From Macrostomum lignano (Eukaryota), in contig NIVC01002543.1 in assembly GCA_002269645.1 (NCBI GenBank), forward strand, positions 99,290-163,289: a stretch of 64,000 bases of DNA. The letters run 5' to 3'. Positions 30,301-42,960 of this stretch are shown here, one piece after another; the stretch's first letter is position 1; the number at the start of each line of letters is the position of its first letter. The position numbers were made by a program, and so were the translations under genes. The notes under the pieces are model-generated. The model ran no database searches. It was not told the origin of the DNA and saw nothing but the letters and a program-made list of their open reading frames with translations.

Positions 30301-31270
30301 CTTCATTGGCTTCCTCTAGCACCTGTGCTAGCCTCCATTGGCTTCCTCTAGCACCTGTGCTAGCCTCCATTGGCTTCCTCTAGCACCTGTGCTAGCCTCC
30401 ATTGGCTTCCTCTAGCACCTGTGCTAGCCTCCATTGGCTTCCTCTAGCACGTGTGCTAGCCTTCACTGGCTTCCTCTAGCACCTGTGCTAGCCTCCATTG
30501 GCTTCCTCTAGCACCTGTGCTAGCCTTCACTGGCTTCCTCTAGCACCTGTGCTAGCTTCCGTTGGCTTCCTCTAGCACCTGTGCTAGCCTTCACTGGCTT
30601 CCTCTAGCACCTGTGCTAGCCTCCATTGGCTTCCTCTAGCACCTGTGCTAGCCTCCATTGGCTTCCTCTAGCACCTGTTCTAGCCTCCATTGGCTTCCTC
30701 TAGCACCTGTGCTAGCCTCCACTGGCTTCCTCTAGCACCTGTGCTAGCCTTCACTGGCTGGCTTCCTCTAGCACCTGTGCTAGCCTTCATTGGCTTCCTC
30801 TAGCACCTGTGCTAGCCTCCATGGCTTCCTCTAGCACCTGTGCTAGCCTTCACTGGCTTCCTCTAGCACCTGTGCTAGCCTCCATTGGCTTCCTCTAGCA
30901 CCTGTGCTAGCCTCCATTGGCTTCCTCTAGCACCTGTGCTAGCCTCCATTGGCTTCCTCTAGCACCTGTGCTAGCCTCCATTGGCTTCCTCTAGCACCTG
31001 TGCTAGCCTCCATTGGCTTCCTCTAGCACCTGTGCTAGCCTCCATTGGCTTCCTCTAGCACCTGTGCTAGCCTCCATTGGCTTCCTCTAGCACCTGTGCT
31101 AGCCTCCATTGGCTTCCTCTAGCACCTGTGCTAGCCTCCATTGGCTTCCTCTAGCACCTGTGCTAGCCTCCATTGGCTTCCTCTAGCACCTGTGCTAGCT
31201 CCATTGGCTTCCTCTAGCACCTGTGCTAGCCCGTGGCTTCCTCTAGCACCTGTGCTAGCCTGACTGGTCC
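27392..31270 (+). repeat. 32-bp palindromic satellite (GGCTTCCTCTAGCACCTGTGCTAGCCTCCATT), ~120 copies
   Basis: Direct reading. Each unit has the inverted repeat CTAGCAC-CT-GTGCTAG. The two main variants end in CTCCATT or CTTCACT. Confidence 0.97.
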
Positions 31271-31497
31271 TCTAGACACCTGTGCTAGCCTGACTAGCCT
31301 GAAATGACACCTGTGCTAGCCTGACTGGTCCCAATGACACCTGTGCTAGCCTGACTGGTCCCAATGACACCTGTGCTAGCCTGACTGGTCCCAATGACAC
31401 CTGTGCTAGCCTGACTGGTCCCAATGACACCTGTGCTAGCCTGACTGGTCCCAATGACACCTGTGCTAGCCTGACTGGTCCCAATGACACCTGTGTT
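31271..31497 (+). repeat. 30-bp derivative minisatellite (CTGACTGGTCCCAATGACACCTGTGCTAGC), ~7 copies
   Basis: Shares CACCTGTGCTAGCC with the adjacent 32-bp array. Confidence 0.93.
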
Positions 31498-32019
31498 TGC
31501 ATCGCATTTATCTATGAATTTACTACAGCTGTCGCATATATCGGGAGAACAAATATGATTGAAAATTCGCACCTTAGCGATTTCAAAATCTACGGACTAG
31601 CACAGGCCGCACCTGCTCTCTGTCCACTCGCAATGACCCGCGCAGCTGAGAGAGAATTGCCCGCTGCGTGGCGCGTAACGGGAAGCGCAGCACAAGAGGC
31701 TGCTTAGCGAGAAGAGCGAGGAACCGCTGCTTGAATTTTCGAATACGCTTCACGCTTAAATTGTAATTCGATTGGACATCCTTGCAGTCTGCTCTCCTTC
31801 CCATACTTCTCTATAATGGCACTTCCACTGAATTGCTGAGTTGCCGGAAAAATTCTTACTCTTAGCAGTATTACGCCCGTAGTTGGGCATTACTTGAGCT
31901 GTGTGGGGAGACCAGGCTCTTAGATGCAGGGATTAGAAAGCTATGAACCTTCTTATTCTTAATATGATGGAAAGTATAGCTGAACGATTCTCAAAAACAC
32001 GTAGATTCTCATAGAGCTG

Positions 32020-32626
<607 letters not shown>

Positions 32627-33093
32627 GCATAAAGGCAGCGAAGAGATGCAGATACGGTTTGAGGATTGAAAGCGAGCTTAGTGAGGCTCAGGCACAGATG
32701 AAGCTCTTCAGTGCAGTCGGAACCCCTCATTGCTCGTCACAATTGCGATTATTCAAAATTTTCTTCCCCCTCCTCTCCCTCTCCCCGTTCCCTCCTGGCT
32801 GCCACAGGCCGGCCTCAATTAGAACAGGGGGCGGAGGATTCCCAAGCCTGGCTTAGCCAAAAAAATTTAAACCAACCAGTGGCAGCCGGCACTGAGTGGC
32901 GGACCTGCAGGGCACGGAGGCTTCAGGCGCTATAAAATTATCATTTTATACAGTAGCTGTGAAACCCACATTTTTGAAAGAGTCGGAGAGAGAGAAAAGG
33001 AGAGTCAATCCAGCCGGAAGCCGTGTTGCCAGGCAAACAAGGATCTGTCTGGCGCGCAAGAAAGCAGCTCAGTCAAAGCCTGTCTACCAACCA

Positions 33094-36000
33094 ATGATGG
33101 CCAGATTTCGCGCACAGGCGAGCCGCGAAGACGGAGCGGTGGAAGACTTTGAGATGCGTGAGTTTTGTGCTGCACGAGTACTTAGGCTAATCACCGAGGC
33201 CGGTGCTCAGCTTTAGGGACAGACAGCCTTGCCTGCCTTGAGCAGAATGCAATATAAAGCATCGAATACAGTCCCTGCTAGCCATTGAACTGATGCAATG
33301 ACGCGCTTTCAAATTTTGATTACTTGTTTAAAATTCAGTCCCGATTCGACGGGGATTTAGCAGGGGGACGATAATTACCGGAATTCTGCTGCTCGATTTT
33401 CTGGCTTTATGGGCCACATAAAAATTCTGTGCAGCTCTCGTACTGAAAAAGAGAATTATCTTTAAAGTAGAGGGGGGCTTCGTCCCGACCAGCAGCCTGA
33501 TGCTTTTCTTCAAGCTTATCTGCCTAATTGCACAAGATGGAGGTAGTGGAACGGCCCAGCTCGAGGAAAAGCTGCGTTTTTGTACGCTGCCAGTTGCCCC
33601 CATATTTTACCGGACACACACACGCAGGTCCAGCCTGTCAGACGGGTCACTGGATAAGGCAGGTTTATTGGTCCCAATTAAAAGAAACGAATGCCTATCG
33701 CTTATTGAGCAATTAAAAAGCGAGTTATTTTTCTTGCTGTCTAAAACTCAAAACTAGCCGTGATAAATAATTTACTCTGGCAGCAGTAATCACTCCTCCC
33801 CCAGTTGAAATTAATTGAGCCAATGGGGAATTGAGGCATGACCAGCGCTGCAGAAAATTTTATGGAAATTCGAGGCCAACAGCTAGCTGCGAGGAGCATA
33901 TTTGCATGCCTTTTGGTGAATTTAGCCCTGGGAAGGGTCGACTTGAAGTTTCGAAATTGAGTGCTTCTTGGACACCAATGCCATCTTGCCATTGGCGCAG
34001 GTTTACCAAACGCTACTCTTTCTAATTTTTCACCCCAAAGTTTGCAAGCCTAAAGTGCCAGTGAGTGCACGCACACCTTTCAAGTTTCCAGACTTCCGCG
34101 GGATAAAATTTATCACTTATGTGGCATGGGTTTGTGCCACAGGCGTGGCTTATAGCAATAACTTTTAGCTTGCCCTCGACCACCCTGGAAGCTTTTGCAG
34201 CTCAAAATCCAATAGAACAGTTTTATGAGTCTCGACAACAGCGCAGCGCCTGCCATTAGGTGCTCCCTACGTGTGCGATCTGTCGAACATGATTTATTGA
34301 ATTAGCATGCGACCAGGCGCTGGAAATTCCTTCGCTTCCGCTGCATCTCCAGGCTCAATGTAATGACAAAATGGAACATCATTGGTCATGAAGCTTAGAG
34401 ATCTACAGTTCACTTATTATCTAGCCCGCGTTCCTTTTTTCTGTTTCTCTACGGTAATTAAATTTGGTCCATTGGCTGCCGGCCCCAAGGGGTTCGGTCC
34501 CTGCTTCTGCTTGTTGCTTTTCTCCCACTAGTCAAGGATCTTCAGCTGTCCGGCAGTCTGCAAGCTCCGGACGGTTGCCCTCTTCCCTCCTGTCTCCCGA
34601 GTCCCAACTCCTCTCTCTGGCTTGTCAGTCTGTCTGTCTCTCTGGCAGCGAATCGTCTATCAGCCAGCTGCCAGGAGAATGGCAATAAATAGTGATAGTT
34701 CATTACTAGCAAGGTTACAATGCGCTCCGCTTTGGCTTATCAAAACCACACGGAAACAACAAAACCCAAAAACTTCTCATTCTCTACGCCTGATACGCTT
34801 CTGCTCTGTAGGTACATCAACTGTAGTTGCTGTCGTGGTTTTCCCATACGAGCGTAAAACTTTACATCTCCAACAAATTTTAGAAGGCATCGACGAGGAC
34901 TACCGCAAAGCCTTCCTAGAAGACGAGGCCGAGCAGCAGCAGCCGCTGACCCAGCAAAAGTCATCTGCTGTTTCTGCTAAATCAAAACGTGAGTGTTACG
35001 ATGGCTTGGTAACGGGTAGATTCTCTGCAGTGCAGGAAAACTATAGCTATAGGTGCTGAAGAGGACGGATGGTACTTTCTCTAAGAGTTTGACTTGTTGT
35101 GTAGAACGTCATGTAAAGGCGATCGCATCGCGTAACAGCTGACGTAGACGGAGGCCAATTAAAGATTCTGACCGACTCCCGCATCTGTTGACGTCTTTGT
35201 CAGAAGTAATTTGCGCACAGGCAAACGCCTGGGCGTGGGCCGAAAACGCACACAGCTGCATTTGTCTTCGTTTCTCTATCCGATTGCGGGATCCGATTGA
35301 CAAGCGGCATGAAAAATATCCCTTGTAGATATTTATCCGACTCCTGAAGTACAACAGACTTACGCTCGTAGTTCTAGTTAACTAGCTCACTTACTGACCT
35401 CATGCTCTTCCATCAAAGCAGCGTTATCGATCCAGTAGCTCCGAATGGATGGAGGGATCGGCCGGAGTGGACTGTTGCCAGAAACAGTGCGCCGGATTCA
35501 TTTTTCTGCTTTTAGTCAATCAATCAGCCTCGTATTCTAACTTATTCCATGGTAGGCCGGCCCGCTCTCCCATTACCTTTTTCCCACCTTCTTGGTGTCT
35601 CGAGGAGGTGGCGAAAAGTTTTCCCGGGCGTAAGAGAAGCAGGCGTAGGCCCTTGCACCGCGGTGGATCACCCCGAGGCTCATCCATCAAGCGAGATGAT
35701 TCCCGTATGCTGTTAAGGCGAGACTTGAGCGGAAGCAGCTAGAAGGGGGCTGAAAGTGCCCGCCCCTCACTGATTGCCGCCTAAGGGGAGCCCAGGCTAG
35801 CATGTGGTGAATGCGCGCAACTGTTATTATTTAACATGTGAAGTGTGAAGCCACTTTGTGAGGGTCTTGTTTTGGTGTGCCTCTCCTCTACGCATTGCCA
35901 AGCCATAATTTGACGCCCGGGTGAACATTGCGCGCTGAGCGTGAAAGGATTCCACTAAACCAGATGGTGGCTAGTGCTAAAATATCTAGGATTCGATAGA

Positions 36001-37904
36001 CGCTCTGGTTTGGGATCAGCTGCTTGAACATCTTATTCCGCTTTGCAGTGCCATCCAACAACAACATGGAGGGTCGCAAGACAAGTGCTATGCTTTTCTG
36101 CGAGTGCAGCTCCATTCGAGGCATGCCGAAGATTGCCAGATCATCGTCCAGCTTCCTCAGACGGATGTGGCTCTCCTTTATCATTGGCATGACCCTGGTC
36201 CTCATCGTGTCCTCGTCATTGGCCGTTCGCAGCTACCTGCAGTATGACGTCATTGTGCATACTTCAGACATTCCCGAATTTCCATCAAAGTTTCCAGCGA
36301 TTACCATCTGTCTACACCGGCCATTTTCTCAAAGGGCGCTCAGTCTGTGGGCAAACAGCTCTGTCATGTCGCCGAGAGGCTACAACCAACGCTTGCGACG
36401 CTGGGCTCAGGAGGCGATCAACAAGACTGAGAGTAACTTCTCGCGCATCAAGCAAAAGGACGCGGTACCGATATTCTACGCGCTCTACTACGACATGCTC
36501 GAGATGTACTATCAGAATGTGCGCTATGAAGACACTAGGCTGTTAAGCCACGATCCCAGCGTTATTCGAAAGTGCATCATCATGACCAAGTGGGGCGAAA
36601 GTCACTTCAAAGATCCCTGCAACCTCACCGACCATAATTTCAGCATCAAACTTTTCTCGCACCCAAAGCACTTCAACTGCTACACTGTCGAGCCGAACAG
36701 CGAAGCCTCCTCGTTAGACACGATCTTCCTCGGACTGGCCGTGGACCTTGGGCCTAAGCCTGATTACCTCAACCTACAGCAGGGCTTTCTCAACGACGTT
36801 TTTGATCAGGCCACCGGTCTACGACTGGTGATCCACGAGCCGAATCGTTATCCCGATGTCGAGCAGTTCGGCAAGAACATCGAGGCGGGAAAGATGACGG
36901 AACTGGCCTACACGCCGACTCTCTGGAATCGTAGCAATACGCCAGTGAAGCCGTGCATTGAAGGCGACGCCGAACCGTTCGAGGACCTCGGTCGGAGGTT
37001 CGACTACTCGCAACGTGAATGCACACGGATGAAGACACAACGTGCAGCCATGGAACGCTGCGGCTGCATCATCTGCTTACCAGGGCATCCGCGACCGAGA
37101 ATCCCGGGACCCGATGTAGCCTACTGCGGCACCTTCACTGACGCCTACAATCGAACTACGGACGACTTTATACGTTTCTCCAACTGCTATGTGGAAGATG
37201 TTCAGCCATCTGAGGACCATCTGAAGCCGTGCCTATCCCGGTGCGTGTTCTCAGAGTACGAGACCAAGCTGTCTGTGACGGAGTGGGGCGCTACAGATTG
37301 GCAGGTGTATTGGTCTGGCAAGTACCTCAACGACATCGAGGAGCTACAGCGGCTCATGAATCAACGCGATAGCAGACCAGAAGAAGAACAGCAAGGTCTG
37401 GCGCCTCGTTTCGATGACGTAAAGAAGCGAATCATGCACTACCTGACGAAAGAAAACCTGACATCAGTACAGGCCTCCGCGGACCAGATGGTCGAGTCGA
37501 AGAATTTTGCCTACGTCGTCCTAAAGCGAAAAGGCGAAAACTTGATTTTGAAGCAGGAAAAGCAGGTGCTGACGCTCAATGCATTGATGTCCCAAATTGG
37601 CGGCCTTTGCTCTCTGACCATCGGCCTCACCTGTGCGTGTATTGTAGAGGTGGTAGAGTTTTTCTACATCTACTTGACAACGTTCAGAACAAATGGTCAA
37701 GCTGGAACAGCCGCCATCAACAATGACGGCGGTGGTGGAGGTGTCGGCGCCAGCGAAAGTAGCGCGGGAGTCGGCACGCACGGCCAGCGAACCGTCCTGC
37801 TGCCTGGCACGGCTCCAACTTCACTCGACCTGGACAATGCCGCAAATCATGGAGACCAGCGGATAGAGCATCGGCAGCTGCATCAGAGGTCATCCCAAAT
37901 CTAA
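33094..37904 (+). CDS. DEG/ENaC (amiloride-sensitive, ASIC/FaNaC-like) channel subunit. Main exon 36049-37904; probable 5' coding exons 33094-33157 and 34884-34988; ~674 aa
   Basis: Pre-TM1 FCECSSIRGMPKI, TM1, FPAITIC, GLRLVIHEP..YP, Cys-rich thumb (YSQREC...CGC...CLSRC...Y), TM2 LMSQIGGLCSLTIGLT...EVVE. The 5' exons are inferred from phase-1 junctions ATG C|GTGAGT, TTTTAG|AA...AAA C|GTGAGT and CTTTGCAG|TG, which give an open 2025-nt CDS. Channel domain confidence is high; the 5' exons are moderate. Confidence 0.88.
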
Positions 37905-40414
37905 TTCTTAATTGAGCGCTTGACAATTACGACCTACCTATTGACAATATTTATTTAGCTACTCCAAGCCGATGTTGAGTCACGAAGCCCTCTAGGATCT
38001 CTCAGAATCTGCTGTGCGCTCTTGAGTATCTCCCTTTTCTGGCACACCTGGACAGGAGAGACTCTTCTATCTATTGGTGACAAAGTTTAGCAAACACTAT
38101 CGGATAAATTTTGCACGTTACCGAGACCCAGTGAGCTCCGCTAGTTGACAGTTTCCGGAGTGCAAGTGTTGACTCCATTGGGGCTCAGGTGGGAGCGGAA
38201 CAGTCGCAAAGGCACTCCAAGCTTTAGCAAAATGGTCGCTGCCTATGTAGGTCCTGAGGTCTCAACTAATTATTTGTCTGGAGAAGATTGCCAGCCATTG
38301 TTTTATCTCTGATTGAGAGCCTTCACCGACAATTGATTTACAGGATCTAACAAATATCAGGATGCTTAGGTACGAGAAAGCATAGTTATAAACCGTTAAG
38401 CCAGGTCCCTAGTAAAAAACATTTTGTCCGAGACGGACCCATTAGTAGGCATAAGGGCCTTGCAGTACAAGGATAGCCGCCCTTGGCACGGAATTTTCCT
38501 CAATCGTGGGTCCAGACATCTGTGTAGCTTTGGAATGCATTGGGAAAGACAAAGGGCCAGTATGCGCCGCATTCCTTGGGTTTATTAGGCTTGTGTGCTC
38601 TTTACAATGTCAGGGGAAAAATTTGGAATGCGGTATTAGTTACTCGTATTTGCCGGTCAAGTTTTGAAAATTGCTTGTCAGATCACCTGCCGCGACTCCA
38701 GCTCGCCGCCCGGGAGACAAAAGTTGCCGATTAGTCCAAAGAGGAGCTTGAAGAAGTGCCCCGGCGTGGGGCTGGGTCGCACCGCTAGCTGATATTGATA
38801 GCGGGGCTGAAAGCGCACAGGGCCAGTTGCTTATCTAATGTTGCCTTCCATTCCGAGAAGAAAATGGAAATGTAATGGCTGACAAGAAATGATGCACTAA
38901 ATGATCAGCAGCTGTTTTCCGGCTCTCCCCCTCCCCCTTCAGTATTTTATTAGACCACAGGGCGCTTCTGACGACGAGGTCCAGCATAAATTCGCGGTGA
39001 CTTACCAAATACATTTAGTTATGCAGCAGAAAAGTACAAACATGCCGACTCCCGCCATTCTTTAAGTAGTAACAACCCAGCCTTGCCTTCTGGTTCCGTG
39101 ACATTTTATATCATATTGCTTCTTTCTGCTCCTAATGTGACGCTATACGTACTCGTCTATTTTTTATGCATGCTAAATTTTTCATTCTCTTGCTTTTGAA
39201 TTTCAAATGCCCTATTGCTGACTCGACTACTCATAGTAGGCACATGGAAAACTATAGTAGTATGACGCTATTCTCTTGAGACCGGCTTTTTGCAGAAAAA
39301 TAGTCGAAACAGTAGTGAGATAGAAGGTATTCCATTTTTTTGCGTACTACTTTCGAAAAGTCCACTTTAGTTGTCCATGGGTTAGGCCAGTCTAATGAAC
39401 TGATAATCACCAACCAATTTCTGTATCCTAGTGGTATACTGGTGTACTTCAGTCAATAGTTTTATCAGCTAATGCCTTGCCAGGACCGCAGATTCGGTTG
39501 ATTTTGAATCTGAGAGAAACACAGCTTTAACTTTAACTCTAGCTATTATTATCTAAATTTTATTTATGGTCCAATTTCTAATAGGAGTTGAGCATCATAG
39601 ATAAGTTCCTGCGCTAAACTCTTGCAATGATTTTTGTATAATTTACAGCAAAAGTAAACGGACGATGCACTCCGTTTTCTTAGAAAAGAGCCGGATTTTC
39701 TGAAAAAATCTGATTTTAGTTTGTCTATGATGAAAACTCATTCAGCTAGCGATGAACTGGCGATACGACAACTATTCGTTGCTCACCGGAATCCAGCTCA
39801 TTTCTAAGAAATTCGAGTCTTCAATTGTTCATGAGCTCTAAAAAAAAATTGACGCTAATACTAATTTGACTACCAGATTTTAATTTGAATGTCATATTCT
39901 ATTTAGACAAAATAAAAGACACATTGTCTTACTAGAATGTCCTACTAGAAGTAGTGCGCTAGTGACGCTCACCCACACCCACCACGTGTTGACTAGAAAT
40001 GTCTGACTCCAATGCAGACAAGTAATTTTTTTAAACTCATTCCCGTAGGCGAACTCATTTAAAAATGTGCGCTAGAATAGAGACGATTGAGCAAGCCGGG
40101 CACAGCGGAGAGCATTGCGCTGTCTGTCTAGAGGGAGGCGGGCTGAGAAAGTGTGGGGTAGCCAGGTAGGCAGGGAATGGCACTACAATGCCGACACCCC
40201 GTCCCGACTCACCAGCTCGCTCTGTATCCATGGCCCCCCTCTCTCCCTGCTCAAACCGTTGCTGGCGTTGCAAGCGAAAATAGAGAGAGAGATAGCAGGC
40301 AAGCCCAGAGCCCATACGAAGAGTACTTGAAGCTTGAGCCTACCGTCATCTGTTGAGACACCGGAGCATTCGAATAGTTTGAGCAGCAGTCGAGCTCAAT
40401 AGTGGCATCGGAGC

Positions 40415-42012
40415 ATGGCATCGGAGTTCGCGCATCGGCCCACCCAGCAGGAGCGCGAGTTCGTCCCGCCGAGGCGTAACTTCCCGCCGAAGTCCGGCTT
40501 CACGCCGCGGCCGGTCGAGCGGCAGGCCGACTTTCGCAAGCCCGCGACCTCGCTCAGCATGGAGTGCGAGCATCGGAAGCGCATAGAAGAGGACGTGCCC
40601 TACACCTACTTCCCCTCCGTGGCCGCCCGGCTGTGGACGGAATCCAGCAAGTTTCCGCCACCGTTTCCCGACCGGCCGGACGACAACTACAGCTTCAATG
40701 TGTGGCGAAACTTCAAGACGGCCTTCGGACTGCAGATTCCACCCAACCGGCCGGAACCGGAGCAGCACGAGCTACTAGCTGCCTGCTATCCCGTCAATGT
40801 GCCTAAGCCGAGCCACATGAACGAGCACACCTTTGCCAGGTGGGGGCAATCTCTTCTGATGTTTGCTTACTTTCTGATGTACATTGCAGACGAATAGTTG
40901 GATTTCCAACAAAGCTTGAATTTCCCTTGTCTCAGTGACGTGGGAGCTCTTCTTTTGTTCTCTGGCGGCCAGGTATCTGTAGAGCGGGCCACTAAGTGTC
41001 CGGTTATCAGTTGCAACTGTTTGTCGCTAGTGAATCACCCAAACAGTGCTCGCCAGGGAGGCCGTAGCCTTGTGGTCTAGCGCGGCGATCTCGTGTAAGA
41101 GACCAGCGGCCCAGGCTCGATTCCAAGTGCAGTCACACTGGTGTGGGTCTGCTCGTGCAATTAACGGCATTGAGGGTCAAACTCAAAGGCACAGTGAAGT
41201 GTACACGCCTAAATTCTGTATATGTATGTGAATATTCGATCTTCTACAAGCTTTGCTAGGTGTCTCCATGGCAATCAGCTTTGCTGGGTGTCTCCATGGC
41301 AATCAGCTTTGCTGGGTGTCTCCATGGCGATCAACTTTTTTGGGTGTCTCCATGGCAATCAGCTTTGCTGGGTGTCTCCATGGCAATCAACTTTTCTGGG
41401 TGTCTCCATGGCAATCAGCTTGCGCGCTGAAATACTCAGAATACTCAGCTTATGCTACTTCCCAGTAGTATGTCCTGTATGTTCCGTACGTCAGCACGCT
41501 CTCAATTGATGTATCTAGCATTCATTCGAAGTTATCCACAACCTAAAAACCAACCACGCAGATACGTGGAGACGTCCAACCTGTTCAAGGACGAGACCAA
41601 GCGCCGCATTGTGATCCGGCAGCTGCGCGAAGAGGACAGGCAGCACAAGCGGCTGGCCCAGCTGGCGGCCGCTCGCGACCCTCCGCTGGACGCGCGCGGG
41701 TCCATCCTGCCGCCAGAAGGCTACAAGCGCTACGCCCCGCTGATGCTGACGCCAGGCCTGGCCGGGGAGTCGGCAGACCAGGCGGCCGCCTCGGCAGCTG
41801 CCGGCCCGCTGGCCGGTTCGCTGGCCGACGACGTTCAGGTGGACATGTTCGGCAACATTGTACGCCGGCGCAGGCGGCCTCGCCTGTGGAAGCTGAGCTA
41901 CCGCAGCACCAACCCGAAGTATCAGGAGGCCATGCGCTATTCAACGCAGGTGAGGGAGGGCCCGCCACCGGAGCGGTTCCCGACGCTGCTGCCGCCACCT
42001 GCGGCGCGCTGA
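40415..42012 (+). CDS. TEX52: TEX52-like (testis-expressed 52) protein, 2 exons (40415-40839, 41562-42012), ~291 aa
   Basis: Phase-2 junction AG|GTGGGG...CGCAG|A gives HTFAR-YVETSNLF, total 876 nt. PPPFPDRPDDNYSFNVWRNF and ARDPPLDARGSILPPEGYKRY match recalled TEX52 blocks ([40 protein letters not shown]). Confidence 0.78.
41060..41215 (+). mobile_element. tRNA-derived SINE-like element, family 2, copy a (TEX52 intron)
   Basis: GTAGCCTTGTGGTCTAGCGC (A-box-like) ... GGCTCGATTCCAAGTGCAGTCACA (B-box-like). A homologous copy lies at 48188-48335. Confidence 0.7.
41248..41421 (+). repeat. 28-bp minisatellite (CTGGGTGTCTCCATGGCAATCAGCTTTG), 6 copies, in the TEX52 intron
   Basis: Core GTCTCCATGGC[A/G]AT at 41262, 41290, 41318, 41346, 41374 and 41402. 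Confidence 0.95.
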
Positions 42013-42284
42013 TAACGCAGATTTTTTTCACAACTGTCAATATTGAAGAAACGATTGTAAAAAACTGCTTTACGTTTACTAACGATTCCGCCATACAGAT
42101 GATATAATTTTTTAAAAATAAAAATAATATTTAGTGAAAAATGAGTCGCTGTTGCTCCAACATTGAGAGTCCGCAACAACGCCTCAGTGTAGTTTATTTT
42201 CAAACGTTTTGAACTGCATAAATTGCCGGAAAAGTTAAGGCGGCTCGATACTACTGTCAGTAAGTAGTTAAATAGCGAATTGTG

Positions 42285-42583
42285 AATTTTTTATTAAGTT
42301 TATGGTACTTACGGGCCAGATTTGCAATCGACAGCTCAGCCGCAGCTTTTGCGAGGCACATCTGAAGGCTGCGCACGGCTGTTCAGTCCAAGGACTGCGG
42401 GGTCGCACACACGCCCGCAATTATCCCAGCTAATGCTGGCACACATTTTACAGCTGGGTGAACTGAAGCAATGCAGAGTTAAGTGTCTTGCTCAAAGATA
42501 CAAATTGTTCCAGTGGCATCGCGAATCGAACGCCCGACCTTCAAGTCGTGAGTTCGACGTTCTAGCCACTAGAATGCAACCCC
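42285..42583 (-). mobile_element. tRNA-derived SINE, family 1, copy b
   Basis: Colinear with 26521-26824 (GACAGCTCAGCCGCAGCT, GTTCAGTCCAAGGACTG, CCCAGCTAATGCTGGCA, GTGTCTTGCTCAA, GAATCGAAC). Confidence 0.82.
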
Positions 42584-42960
42584 CTCAGATGTAGATGGTA
42601 AGATTGGTAAGATGGTACTAAGTAGCTAATACGAGAGTAGTAGCTAACTACACTCCTACTTTTTGATGTACTCAAGTATGAAAAACTACAATAATACTAA
42701 TGCAGTATAGCCTACTCTGTGCTTCTGGTTACACTGGAGCCAAATTGTGGTCGAAAATAGAACGCACAGTTTAATTAAGCAATTCCATTATAAGAGACGT
42801 TGTTGTATTCGCAGGAAGGCTGTGGACAACCTGGCGCATGTTCTCAGGCACTGCTGCCCATTCCGCTGACTCCTGAGCACATGCAAGAGCGCCAATACTG
42901 TACACAGGCACGCACTCATGCATACGCTCACACAGGGTGCACAGCAGCGGCCCTGACTGT

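Noticed and set aside
27392-31270. 32-bp palindromic repeat resembling a CRISPR direct repeat
   Set aside because: No unique spacers, no cas genes, and a eukaryotic context.
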